Assembly: GCF_016433145.1 (NCBI RefSeq)
Contig: NC_058134.1
Location: 69,078,421-69,142,420 of the forward strand
Source: Gracilinanus agilis
Taxonomy: Eukaryota
DNA length: 64,000 bases
Direction: 5' to 3'
Position 1 is the first letter of the stretch; each line of letters opens with the position of its first letter. Below, piece by piece: positions 12,620-26,200 of the stretch. A model generated the notes under the pieces. The model ran no database searches. It was not told where the DNA came from and saw nothing but the letters and a program-made list of their open reading frames with translations. The translations under genes were made by a program, and so were the position numbers.

Positions 12620-15590
12620 AAGAACCCAGAAATCCTATAAGGACCCTGAGACAAACAAGCTAAGTTATTTGGAAAGTTGAGTGCAGAGAAACCCAAGGAA
12701 TCTCAGAGTAGAGACCTCTGGGCATCCAATGGGGCTCCCATAAGGAACTCCAGTCAATCTAGGAAAGGTACTCACAGCTCTCCCTAGCCAAAGGGAAGAA
12801 AAGGCCCTAGGTAAAAATTAACCTCAGCATTCTAAAATCTTAGCAATAGAAGATTAGGCAAGTACTGATACTCCACTAGTTGCCTAGGTCTAGAGGTAGA
12901 AGAAAGGCCCTAGACAAAGGCTAGCACAAGGTAACTCCAAGACCTTAATAGTGACTAAGTAGAAATAGCACCTGCACTCAAAAACAGGAGGGAAAGACTC
13001 TAAATAGAATATAACAAAGAAAATTCCTGCCATTCTGTGATGAGGGAGGTCCCAGGAATATCTCAGCAAAAGAGCAGCCCCAGAGTTCCTTGAAAGACAC
13101 TTAGCCAACAGATTCAAGACCAAAATGATGCTGGCTATACCACTAAGTTGTATAGTCTGGCCCAAGCACAGCACTTTCTACCACAATCTAGATAAAGCTG
13201 TTGAGAGAAGCAAACCAAAGAAAACTTTAAAAACTAAGAGGAAATGTCTTGCTTTAAGATATACTCAGGAGTAAACTCCAAGGAGAATGGGTTCCCACAA
13301 GTCCAAGTAAAGCCTCTATAGAAAAAAATGCCTGGCCAAAAGGATTAAAGAAGTACCTGAAAGAAATAAAATAAAAGATACATAATTAAATTGTTATGGA
13401 GGAAATGATAACAAAGAAAATTAATGCCTTAGAATAGTGAAAATTCTCACCCAAGAATAAAGTATCCTGAAATTAAGAATTGACTAGACAGAAAATAGTA
13501 ATTCAATAAAAATAAAAATAGTAAAAAAACAAAATAAAAAGACTGAAATAAATTGAAGAAATTTAAATAGTTACATCAAAACAATTGACCTGGAAAACAG
13601 ATGAAAGAGAGATAATTTAAAAATTATTTGGCTATCCAAAAATCATTACAAATAAAGTGTTGATACCATATTTCAGGAAGATTAAAAAGGAAAATTGCTT
13701 ATGACTTCTAGAACTAAAGAGCAAAGTGCATTTAGATTCTACTATTAATCGTCTCCTGATAGAAAGTCCAAAATAGAGATTTTCAGATATGTCAAATTCC
13801 AAAACTTCTAGGTCAAAGGGGGAGGGGGGGATGCCATAAGCAGACAAAAAGAAAATGTTCAGTGGGACAAAATAAGGATCACTCAAGACTTCATCTGTCA
13901 TTAGAAAGCAGAAGAGGGAAGAATTTGGAATTTGATATTTCAAAAGGCAAAAGATAAAATATTAAAAGCAAGGACAACTCACCTGGGAAAAGTAAGTATA
14001 ATCAATCCCATGCAGGGAAAATGGATTTTAAATGATAGAAAATCACTAAGAAATTCTCATGAAAAAGTCGGAACTGAGTAGACATTCTGACATGGAAATG
14101 AAGGTACCAAGAGAAACAGAAAGGTACAACTTTTTTTCATTAGAAGGGAGTATTTGTTAATGAATTGTTTACATGTTAATAGGAGGATAAAAAAACAAGT
14201 TACGGAGAACCCATGGGTTGTTTTGCACTATTTTGATATTCTTAGGAGATAAAAATGGGAGAAATATATATAAAGGGTAGAAATGATGAGGAAATGGAGG
14301 AAAATATCAATATCACATAATAAAGATGAAGAAGATGAAGAATATATATAATCATAGAAGAATGGTACAGAGGACAGGCATCCATGAAATCTTTCATCTG
14401 AACCAGATAAAAGACTGAAACACAATTATATACATATAGACATACACAAATACACAGATATGTATATAAATTATAAAAACAACAAAAATTTCATTAAATA
14501 AAATAAAAATAATGAGATAATATACCAAGATTTATGGGATACAGGTAAAACAGTCAGAGGTATTTATGACTCAAAATGCTTTTATTAAGAAAAGAAAGAA
14601 CAAATCAAAGAATCAGGCATATAAATAAAAAGTTTAAACAACAAATTAAAAATTCCTAATATCAGCAAAATGGAAATTCTGAAAATAAAAAGATTGAATT
14701 TAATTAATAAGATTGAAATAAAATTAATAAGGTTGAAAGCAAAGTTGAAAGTTAAAAACACCACTAAAATAGTAAAAAAAACTAGAAGCTTTAAAAAACA
14801 ACTAAATGAATAAACAGCATAACTAATATGATTTTAAAGAGAGGAAATTCAAATTGATTCTATCAAAAAATTTACTTACAACAAATGAAGAAGAAATATA
14901 GGAAATTATTGGAAATTGTTTTGTTCCATTATGTTATCAAATCCGATAGAGCAGATGAAAAAGATAAATTCTTATAAAAACATAAAATAATAAGAGAAAT
15001 AGGCAATTTAAATATCAAAAAAGTAAAAGAAAATGAAGAAGCCATGAATGAACTTTCAATGGAAAAAATTAAAAGAACATATGGATTTACAAGTGAATTC
15101 ACTAAATGTTCCAATAAACTCTTTACAATAAAAAAAAAGATATTCTTCTAATCTCTTACTGTGAAATGTGGTTTTTGTACCTAAACTAAAGAGAAATAAA
15201 GTAGAAAGGGGAAAGTATAGACAGATAATCTTAAAGAATGTTTCTGCAAAAAAATTAAATTAAATATTGTCAAATCAGGTAAAACCACATACTAGAAAGA
15301 TTATGCATTGTGATCACATTGAGCTCATGCCATGAATGCAGGATTGTTTCAACATAAGGAAATCATAAATACCATAGATCATGCTAATAATATCAATAAT
15401 GAAAAGAACATGATTGTATCAACAGATTTTAAAAGATGCAAAATCCAATACCCACTTATGTTTTTTAATTTCAAGAAAGTATAGAAATAGACCTTTTTTA
15501 AAATGATAAATAATATGTACCTAAATCTAAGATTAAATATCATATTTAACGGGGGCGGGGGGAGTTTAAAGCCTTCTGAATAGGAAATCA
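12620..15590 (+). mobile_element. Decayed L1 5' portion: putative 5' UTR, ORF1 and ORF2 up to the start of RT
   Basis: A-rich plus strand. ORF1-like blocks at ~13.3-14.1 kb. ggatttacaagtgaattc (GFTSEF) at ~15085 and an IHxDxxxFIPGMQGWFNIRKS-like remnant at ~15300-15370. The 5' boundary is uncertain. Confidence 0.7.
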
Positions 15591-16074
15591 ATGTAGAAAG
15601 TCTCTAGATTCCATTAAAGGACTGTATCTATCCAGAAAATAGTAAGACTAGCATATGTAGAATATGTAGTACTTTAAACTGACTATCCCTCAAATTCAGG
15701 AAAACTGAATAAATAAAAAAAATAGAGAATTCTGAAAATGATGGAATAAATTGCTATAAAATACTCTTAAGTAGAATATTTTATAAATATGAACCTTATT
15801 TACCTCAACTAACCTTCAACAATGACTTTTACTATATATTGAAGGGATCTGAGATTTCAACAGTGTGTGCACTTCTTCACCATTGCATAATTCAGCTCAT
15901 ACAGTTTTTTTAATTCATGGTTCTCCTCCTCCATAAGCTTCTCTATGGATGTGCTAGAGACCTACTTCAAAGGTGTTAACTATTTTGTGGATTGCCAAGC
16001 AACACTTCAACTGTCTGTTATCCCTAACTCTCATTACATGACCAGCTCATTTCCTGTTCTGGTCATGAATTTCC

Positions 16075-16600
16075 TAAGTGACATCTTTAGCACCTGTTAA
16101 AGCACATATCTGACTGTGCCTTTCTCCCAGTCAAAAACCTTCCATGGTTCTGTTGCTTCCAGGATAAAATTAAAATTCCTTAAACTTGGCATTTAAAACT
16201 CTTCACAGTCTGACTTGAGACTACTTTTCTAGACTTATTTCAAAAACTACCCCTTCTTGAACTCTATCTTCCAGCCAAATTGGCCTACTTGTCATTCCTC
16301 AAACTTAGTTATTTCAACTCTTATTACCATCCCATATCTGGAATGCCCTCCATCCTCACTTCTACATCTTAGACTGCTTCACTTCTCTGTTATCACTTCT
16401 TCCATAAAGTCTTTTCGGATCCCACAAGTTGTTACTGTTTTTTCTTTCCTCTTCAAATTACTTTGTATTTTTTTTATCATGGTATATGTAGTATCCTATA
16501 ATTAAATGTTATCAAAGCAGGCAAAATTTAATTTTCATTTACAACTCTGGTGCTCATCACAGCACCTTGCATATAGTAGTTGCTTAATAAATAGTTTTTG
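16075..16600 (+). mobile_element. L2 LINE 3' fragment; other L2 ends at ~680-850, 1290-1430, 8420-8600, 33200-33530, 51510-51760
   Basis: ctggaatgccct...gcaccttgcatatagtagttgcttaataaat is the L2 terminal motif. Confidence 0.7.
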
Positions 16601-16940
16601 ACTTGATGAATCCTTGAATGTTATCACTGATAATAGACTACAGGCTACTTACAACTGCCTTGTGTTTTGAATTGTTCTTTGAAATGACTGCAGTTTTGAT
16701 CCTTCAAAGATCATAGTATTCCACAGTTCACAGCCACATAGGAGAATGTTAGTGTCAAAAAGATGAATTTTTGTATCAGGGAGCAGTTTAATATCAAACA
16801 CAATGCAATCTTGTCTTTTTTAAAAACTTTTCTTAGCCTAGATCAACGTTTTCCCACAATACCCACCCGTAACACTGACTAATTCAGTAAGTTGCCAGTT
16901 CAACTCCATATCAAAATCCAGTTAATTTATATTCTTTGTT

Positions 16941-16941
<1 letters not shown>

Positions 16942-16974
<33 letters not shown>
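16942..16974. repeat. (GT)n microsatellite; also (TG)19 at 22711-22748 and (CA)26 at 62471-62522
   Basis: Read directly. Confidence 0.98.
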
Positions 16975-16976
<2 letters not shown>

Positions 16977-17227
16977 CATTGCTATCTTGATTGCTTAAAT
17001 CACTCTGGTTTTCATGGAGAATGATTCATAAAATTAAGAAACAGAAGCAATCAGCAAAATACCATCTGCAAACCAATACAACTAGAGAACTTTACTATTT
17101 GTAGAGAATACTTTCATTTGAACTTTGAATTGTATATAAACCAAAACTAGTGAACTAAAATTTTAGCAAGTATATCTATTTTATTCTTTATTTGAAAAAT
17201 GATAATCAGAGGATCATTAAAGAAAGT

Positions 17228-18060
17228 TGTTTGCTAATGAATTGCTGGTGGAGTTGTGAATTGATTCAACCATTCTGGAAGGCAATTTAGAATGATGCCC
17301 AAAGGGATTTAAAAACCTGCCTGTCCTTTGATCCAGTCATACCACTGCTGGGTTTGTACCCCAAAGAGATAATAAGGAAAAAGACTTGTACAAAAATATT
17401 TATAGCCACACTCTTTGTGGTGGCAAAAAAATTGGAAAATGAGGGAATGTCCTTTGATTGGGGAATGGCTGAACAAATTGTGGTATCTGTTGGTGATGGA
17501 ATAATACTATTGTGCTAAAAGGGATAAAGAAATGGAGGAATTCCATGTGAACTGGAACAACCTCCAGGAATTGATGCAGAGTGAAAGGAGCAGAACCAGG
17601 AGAACATTATACACAGAGACTGATACACTGTGGCACAGTCAAATGTGATGGACTTCTCTACTAGCAACAATGCAATGGCCCAGGACAATTCTGAGGGACT
17701 TATGAGAAAGATGCTATCCACATCCAGAGAAAGAACTGTGGGAGCAGAAATACAGAAGAAAAACATTTCCTTGATTACATGGTTCATTGGGGATATGATT
17801 GGGGATGTAGACTCTAAATGATCACTCTATTACAAATATGAATAATGGAAACAGGTTTTGAACAATGATACATGTAAAACCCAGTGGAATTGCTTGTTGG
17901 CTACTGGGGGAGGGGGTCAAAATGGGGAGGGAAAGAACATGAATCATGTAACCATGGGGAAATAGTCTAAATTAAATAAAGAAATAAAGAAATTTAAAGA
18001 GAAAAAAATTGAAAAGGATTAAAAGAAAAAGGAAAACCACAGAATATCTTTAAAAAAAAA
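17228..18060 (+). mobile_element. 5'-truncated L1 (ORF2 C-terminus, 3' UTR, A-rich tail)
   Basis: CW..C.ELIQPFWKAI, VVAKxWK and GEWLNKLW motifs, followed by the marsupial L1 3' UTR. Confidence 0.9.
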
Positions 18061-21000
18061 AGTCCTGTATGGTTTGCACCTTTCAAGGAAACTAGAATGA
18101 CCTTAACATGCATATGAGAAAATTGCATTTTACTGTACCCAGTGAGATGTTGGTTTGGGTTTGTTTTTTTGCTTTGTTTTGTTTTTGGTAATCAGCAAAT
18201 AATATTTCTGTATTCTCTATGTACCTCTCTGTCAATTCTGTGACAATAAATGGAATCTTTATAGATTACAGAAAATGTTCTTCAAAAGTCTACTCTTTAA
18301 AACTTCATCAAGTATAATTTTAATATGTACAAAAATCATTCTCATAAAGATTTATAAAGAAGAGAAAGTAGGCATAATGGTCAGTAGCCTCGTCTTCTTA
18401 ATCATCACTTCTGGATATTGTTAGTTCATGTTAACTTTTAGATTGTAATACACTCTGTAATTTTTCTCATTCTTTTAGCATTGTTGTCTTTCAGATATCC
18501 CAGAAAACCGATTCCCTAGTTGTCTTAAAATTCTGATACTCATTGCACACAATTCTGTATGAATTTGATCTGATTCCTGACTTGTTTATCTTAAATTCAA
18601 TTTTTAACTTCTTCATATAACATGCTCACTTTTGCAGTGATTTTATCAATCACAGGTTGACTTGATTTGAAAGACTTAGTCAAGTTTTTCGTAGACTTAG
18701 TGTAATCTTTACCTGTTGAAACAGATATTGCTGTATAAATTATCTCCATAGTATCCCTTTTGTGTACAATCATGAGCACAGGGAGAGATGAATAAGCACT
18801 CTATGAAATTATGTTTCTTGTTGCCTTTGAGTATGAGGAAAACAACTGCACCAACTCAGTTTTCTGTCTCTGTTAATTCCTTCCCCTCTACAATTTCTTC
18901 ATATCTGATGCTTTCATTTATAATGATAATCATGTTATTTTTGGTTCTCTTCCTCTAGTCGCATATTTGAATGAATTTTGAATTCCATATCTAAATTAAT
19001 ATTTTTATAAAGACAAAAAATTTAGATTCTCAGTACTATTTGGTTCTCTTTCCAACTACTCCATCATAATTACTTTGGAAATGGAATGAGACTTCATAAG
19101 ACCATAGGAAATTTTGCATTTTTATATTTCTTGGATTGTCACAGCCAAAAAAATTAATTGCCTACTGGCCAATCTGCTTTTCTATACTTAGACTGGGACT
19201 CAGACAAAAGATTCAGTCTGTCATTGAGACTATAAATAAAATTTTTCCATCTTTAAAGAACATGCCAAAATATTTTACTCCACTGGGATCATTTTCAAGA
19301 ACTCATAATTACCTTCAAGCTGAGAGAAAGTATAGAGATAAGAATTTTGTGTATGCTCAACAATTACAAGGGCCAAACATTGATCTTTTACAGATTATGC
19401 AGATTATACCTTCAATGACCTTGCTTTTAAGTAATAAAATGAGATTGAAAACCAATGTAAATGGATAAATTCAGTGACTTCTTCGAGGATGATTCTGCTA
19501 CAGACAAAACTAAACACCAAGCAATTATAACAATATGATAGATAGGAATGGAAATCAATCAGTCAACAAGAATTGTTGGGATTTTAAAAAATTATTTCAC
19601 AGCAAAATAATTAAACAGAATGGATAAAAAACAAATTATTTCTCTCTAAAAAAACTAATTAGATTATTAAAACCAAAAATCCTTTGGAAGAATTTGTATA
19701 GCATACATATGAATGTTCTCACTAAGAGCCTCTTGAAATTTTAGGGGATGTTCAGAGATAAAAGTTTTTCTGCTGTTTCTGCCATCCACCTTTTTGAAGA
19801 TGGCAATTTTCTGCTTATACTAGCAATACAAATATATTCATTTTCTATTCAGTATCTTTTCTGCTATTCTTAACATTAATCAGTTCTTTTTTCCATCCGC
19901 TCTCTTTAATTTTTGTTATATCATTTTTCAGCAAAACTTAAGAAATGTATCTACAATGATATGGATAACCAGTTCTAGTGAACGCCCCTCAAAGTTGTGT
20001 TTGGATCATTTTTTCCAAGAACTATCTTTTATGCCAACTTTAAAAGTGTACATGGGTCATTAATAAGGTAGTTCCTATCATAAGAAAGGCTTTCACATAT
20101 CATTATCCATTTCAGAACATTTAGATTCTTTTGTAGGATTTTTCTGCTTCATTTTCAGAAAGCCGTTTCATATTAAGGAAAGCTAGTTTTTTCCACATTT
20201 TAGGATTTAGTTCTACTCTTTTTGTCACTGACCACAGTCCCAAAAGGATTATAAATCATTTTGAATGAACATTCAAGAGTGAGAGCCAAACTCTTGAGAA
20301 TCCATAGCCACAAATGTTAGCCAAATACTTTTCTTTGAATACCAATTATGTCAAAGGATTTTCTAGTGTTGGTCTTACTTTTTCCGAATGCGATATTATC
20401 TAACTAAAGTGAAGTAGTGCTCCACACTCCCATTTCAAACCAACTTCCCCAGAGAATAGAGGTTTTTGCCAGGACTTATTTTTTTCCCATTCTTTTGGTG
20501 GGGCAGGGGAAAAGGATAGCGAGTTTGAAAGAAAACATATTTCTCCACTACTGTTTTTGGAGCATTCTGAAAAATTAGAAAGTTTTCGACAAGTTTTCCC
20601 ATTGAACCAATTAAGGATCATTCAGTCATTCCTGTTACACTTCTTCCTATTTCTACTTATTTTCAACTACATTTACTTAGAAGAAAATAAATATAAATAA
20701 AGCCAACAAAATGCTACCTTATCTCCTAGAATTTTTCTTCTATCAATTGGTATTGTTTTCTCCTTTGCATTCCAGAATAATCCCACTCTCTGAGGTCCTT
20801 CCATATAAATAATTAAACATTTGCTGATCACAGATGAAGAATATGTTTCATCTGGTTCATGTATTGCAAATGAGCTGCTTCAAATGGAAAATTTTAACTA
20901 ATTGTATTCAGATAGGTGTAATTGTGAGCTTTCTGAGTAACAACAAGTGGGTAAAAAATGTGTACGTGTGTATATAAAACATGTATATGTCTAGTGTGCC

Positions 21001-22299
21001 ATAGACTAACATAGCCATCACTTAATGCTTATTGTCTTAACCATACATGATCAAATTAAAGCAACTGGCAAAGCAACAGACATCAGCCAAACCAGAATCC
21101 CTGAGTGGCTTTGTTATCCTATTTCCACCGTCTGCAAGAGAGAAGCCACGTATAAGACCTGGAAAGGTGATCCAAATATTAACCAGACATTCCAGCTGGT
21201 TTTGAATGTTCTCAGCTGTGTGTTTTTGTGAGGAACATGCTACTTGGAGCACAACGGTTTTCTGTAAAGTGTACTCCTGCCAATGGCTGCTTGGTAATGG
21301 CGATAGAAATGTTTGGTGCCAAGCCCAGAAGCTGGGTTAGAAATAATTACCCCACCCTCTCTCAGGATCAGAAGGAAGATAGAGTGCTAAAAGCAAGGAA
21401 TATGTAACTGTTTAAGTCATGGTAGTAAAATGTATTTTTTTGCCTTCTGCTTGTCTGCAATCTCATTTTGCAGTGATGACTCAGCCACCGTAAGCACAGA
21501 ACTCAGAAGTAAAGATTTGGGTTCTTGGAAGCCTCTGCTGTTCTGTTCACATTTCCTTAGGCCATTTGGAACACCAGCTATATGCATCTATAGATGCATA
21601 TTCATATATGTCATGAATAATTTTTCTTGCTGCCTATCTTGCTTTTCTTCCCTTCAAATCTGGTAAAAAATAATAAAACAAAATAACCTATTCACCTGAT
21701 CTCTGCTAAACTCCTACATCCAAATATGCTTTTATATGCAAATTTCTTTTTATGTACTATAATTTCCACTGCTGGATGCCAACAATGAAACAGACTTATA
21801 CATAATGTATAAGTAAAATTAGGGCAAATAGTATTTTTCTCCAAATTCATCATGCTTGATTTTAGAATCACAGCAGTATTTCGCTTTCCAGATGATTTTT
21901 TTTTTCATCATAATCAAGACAGTGGAGAAAGCATGCTGGGGAAGAAAGGAGGCTTCCCTGGATGATTTGAATAAATAGATTCAGAAACATGCCTTTTGGA
22001 TAGGTGTTTTCCAATAACATCTAAGGTTTAGTTTTTTTTTTCCTCTCTCAGAATTTGCAAAAACTACATTTTATATCCAAATTCCTTTCTAGCTCCTCTT
22101 CCCATATGCTGTATTTAAATAAAATAGATCAACAGTACAGCCCAAATTGTCAAAATATTCGGAAAGTTGAATAACCACATTTGGTGTTAGGTGACCTGGG
22201 TTCAGTTCTCAGCTCTACTTTATGTGACTTTGCCCATTTCACTTAATCTGTCTGGCCTCAGTTTCTTTGTCTGTAAAATAAAGGAGTTGAACTAGATGT

Positions 22300-22560
22300 A
22301 CCTACTATTCATGTTTTTCAGTTGTGTCTGATTCTTCATGACTCCATTTGGGGTTTTCTTGGCAAAGATACTAGAGTAAATTTGCCATTTTCTTCTCTAG
22401 CTCACTTGACAGATGAGGAAACTGAGGCAAGCAGGGTTACATAGCTTGCCCAGAGTCACACATCTAGAAAGTATCTGAGGCTGGATTTGAACTCAGAAAG
22501 ATTAGTCTTCCAGCCTTCAGACCAGCAGGCTCTATCCACTGTGCCACCCAGCTGCCCAGT
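22300..22560 (-). mobile_element. CORE-SINE with RTE-type tail (Mar1-like); similar copies at ~29570-29825(+), 35250-35480(+), 37860-38075(+)
   Basis: MIR CORE followed by ...gaaggaaatggcaaaccactccagtatctttgccaagaaaacccc... type tail. Confidence 0.75.
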
Positions 22561-22707
22561 TCTATATTTATGATCCTATGATTTTGTACTCTACGTGGAG
22601 ATGGTTGTAAGGTAGGAGTACCCCTTCCTTGCTCTCTATACAAGCTGTCCTATTCTGCCATTCCAAAAGCAAATAAGTGTTGTTGCATAAGCTAGACATG
22701 TGCTAAG

Positions 22708-22749
<42 letters not shown>

Positions 22750-23469
22750 ACATATGTCTGTTGGTGCTTACAAAGTGTTTGTTATATTAAATACTTGTTT
22801 GGCTGGAGTCTTGCACAACTGTTTTTTTTTTTTTCGTTAACTTAGTAGAAGGGCTTAGAAAATGTCGCAGTTGAAAGAGATTCCAGTTAAAAACTGATTT
22901 GGGGAAGTACAGAGATCCATAATGAAGGAAAATGGTCACCTAGGATGTTAAACACCCCAATCTGCCTCCAAAGGCTAAACATTGTTTATAATCTTTGGAT
23001 GAAACAGAATGAAATGGTGATTTGTTATTTCACAGGAATTAAAATAATTCTGCCAACTTTCTTTTAGAGTTATAATGAGAGCTCTCATTCTCTGAAAGAA
23101 GTTCATTCTTCTCTGAATTCTCACAAATGTTTACACCAGAATTATGTGTCAAAGATTATTTTTTTTTAATTCCTTTCCCTAGGTTAAGGAAACTTTTAGT
23201 TCTATACTTGTAGTATTTTGAAGAAATACTAAAAATACTGCCACCTTGTATTCTATTTTTAAATTGTGGTTAGTACACTTTACATTTTCCTAATATTGTT
23301 CTTCCTGGCCTTTTATGATGCTAATAATAATGAAATGATATAAATGATTAAAATAATCATTTAAAAATAATTAATAGACACTTTCCTTTAATATTCTTTC
23401 TCATTTACTTCAAAATAAAAAGTAGAAACAAGAAAACTTGTTCCTAAGACTTTGTGGGCATCTCATTTC

Positions 23470-26200
23470 CTAACAATATCTTGATAATCCAATGGATCCT
23501 GTTAATGTGTGCCATCTTCAGTGATGTAAACCACGAGCCATTCACGTCTGCCTATACAGTATACAACACTCTTATCTGGGTCTCTCTATAAATCTGCTAT
23601 CCGTTCAACATGCCAGCCTTCCTGTCATTATTTTAGAGTTTAGAAGATACCAGTGGATCATATAAACTGTCTAGCAGTCCACCTCTCTCTTGCTATGCTA
23701 TCATTCAAATATTTCTTGGATGCCATCATTTAAACTATTACTCTAGCTTACTTTCTTCTTTTTTAAACCTTTATCTTCTGTCTTAGAGCAAATACCAAGT
23801 ATTGGTCTCAAGGCAGAATAGCAGAAAGGGCTAGACAATCAAGATTAAGTGACTTGGCCAGTCACACAGCTAGGAAATATCTTAAGGCTATATTTGAACC
23901 CAGGACACTCTGCCTCCAGGCCTGGCTCTCTATTCATTGAGCCACCTAGCTGCCTCCTTAATTCCTTATTAAAATGTGATGTTGCCTGCTCATACTTAAC
24001 ATATGCCCGTCCAATAATAATTAATGTAATATAATCCTCAATATCAACTCTTTGGAGGCTGTTGTGTTCTATGACCAACAGTCATACAACATCATTATTA
24101 AAAATTCATGGAAGCGCAAGGTCCAAAGGTGTTACACATTTTATATGTTTTCCAACTTTTTCAATGAATCAATGAGCTGTGCTTATACTGTTTTCCTTTC
24201 CAAAAAAAATACTATTTGTAATATGGGATGGCTTTCTGAGAGGGGAAGAGGGAGGAATACTTGGATCAACTTTGATAATGTAAGAAACAGAAGACAGACA
24301 TCAATAAAAACAATTTTTAAAATGGTGTTAAAATGATAAGTTTCTTCTTTAGGAAGAAATTCATGGTTAGAGAAAGGACTTTGCCATTAGTCAAAGGTGA
24401 TCGGCTCACTCCCCTCTTGCTATTCAGTTCTAAGCCCAATTGAGTTTTCCCTTTCAGTGTAGCCCCTGATGAATAAGAACTCTGAGAGGTCCATTAAATT
24501 GTTTCTCATGAGTTTGTACCAAGGGTATTTTTCATCCATTAGACCTCACCTTTCAGGTTTTGCAGTATTCTGGAGGCTTGAATGTCATCCACAAAGAACA
24601 TTTGGAGGACCTTACCACCTCTAAGTAATCTGCCTTTTATTTGGATTCCACATTGAACTCCAACATCCATGACAGTGGCAAACACTTTAAGGAGCCCATT
24701 TTGGGGGGTTTTATGACTTATTAAAAATATTAATCAGAGAATATAAAATGGTATCTAGGATATTGCCTTTTTCAAGTAATATATAATTTGGGCATATGAA
24801 TGAGATATATTCTATTAGCCTTTAAGGGATTTTTTATAATTACCAAGCAGTAATCACAGTGGGAAATTGGATTTTCTATACATTTCAGTCAGCTCAAAGG
24901 AGGTATATGGGGTTGGCATTTTTTAATATTTTCTTAATCACTTCATTCAGTAAAAACAAGGTCTGAGATTTTCCCCCAAGACTTTAGTATCTTCTGATCT
25001 TTCAGATATCTTAAGAAAATATTGCTTCCTCTGTGTTCCTAAAATTGTCACATCCAGCATAGACTACTTTTAAGTATGCTTGGTCTCTTCCAACTGCTTT
25101 TCTCATTTTTTTTCAGTTCCATTTCCACTTCCATATGCAGAAATTTGGTGTTATGGATGAAAAGACTCCAAATGTGGTGATTTCCAGCTTGTTACAAAAA
25201 ATCTTTTCAGATCTTTTCCATTTTTCATTCAGGGATCATCCTCCTTTCTAGTCTCCCCCTTAAACATATCATAGGCTGCTTTTGCAAAGTGTTCCTTTTG
25301 CCAAGTTTTCTTGGGGCATATTTTCCTTTCCACTGCTTCCTGCTATTCTATGATGCAGTATTCCTTATAATCTCCCACCCACCCACCCACCCACCCATTT
25401 TTCTGTAAAATTTTACAAATGATTTAAAACCATAAACTGTATTGCCTTTGGCGGCCACATCTGTCAAGCTGGCAAGAAGATCAAATGTTAGTTGGCTATG
25501 GTGGTTTCTAGGCTCTTTCAGGCTCCTCATTACGGCAACTGATATTTAATGTCTAAATTTCTTTAGGACATGGTTATAATCTGTGATAAGATTCATTTTC
25601 CTCTCCATTTCCCCATTCCTGGCATGACCATACTGTTTAAAACTGTCAGCCTGTTATAGTTTTAATTGTATCAAATACCTTTGTCTCATTTTATTTTGGC
25701 AGGTTGTGTGTTGATTTTGATCTTTGCTTTAAACAAGACAGATAATTTGTGAATAAGCTTCACTTCATTAATGGGTGATTTCTTGTCAAAATAGATCTCA
25801 TTTTTAAAGCCTATTTTGGTACTTGCCTATTTGGTGTTTCCTGATTCTTTTCTTAAAGAAACCACTTATGGCATAGGATCTCTGTGCAAGTTTACAAGCC
25901 TTTGATCACTCTCATTTCTTAATCCTGAATCAAGGTGTTTTTCGCCATTCTCTTCATGCCCACTTTTGCCATAAAGTCATCACGTATCATTGACTAATTT
26001 AATCTGTAGGTCCTTTGTCAAATTTCTCTTTATCTTTTCATCTTCTGCCACAGGGGCTGGTGCATTACACAGGCTGCAATTATTTTCATGGTGGTTTTCT
26101 TGTAAATATTTATCATGAGCACTGCAATAGGGGTGGCCAAATGAAACATGATTTAATTTTTCTTTTTACCAATAGACAGTGTAATTTAGCTTCAGAATGA
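23470..26200 (-). mobile_element. Decayed RTE-clade LINE covering APE endonuclease, RT and 3' end; interrupted by a SINE (~23762-23955) and an L1 fragment (~24000-24340)
   Basis: Broken frames give TMKIIAA..APAPVAEDE..SGLRNESDQRLVNL (endonuclease) and KVFATVM...KVLQMFFVDDI (RT [Y/F]ADD-type motif). An RTE-like 3' end lies at ~23470-23720. Confidence 0.75.
25374..25396 (-). repeat. (GGGT)5GGG tract
   Basis: Six CCC runs separated by single A on the plus strand. Confidence 0.95.

Noticed and set aside
19136-19468. hAT transposase reading of the plus-strand insert (…ILLHWDHFQEL…ILCMLNN…)
   Set aside because: The resemblance is faint, needs frame-switching, and the segment has no TIRs. Left unassigned.
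24340-26200. A long, nearly open minus-strand frame (…HPYCSAHDKYLQENHHENNCSLCNAPAPVAEDE…) that looked like a nested gene or viral insert
   Set aside because: Frame-switching recovers RTE endonuclease (MKIIAA.AP..VAEDE, GLRNE..QRLV) and RT (LQMFFVDDI) motifs, so it is a decayed LINE.
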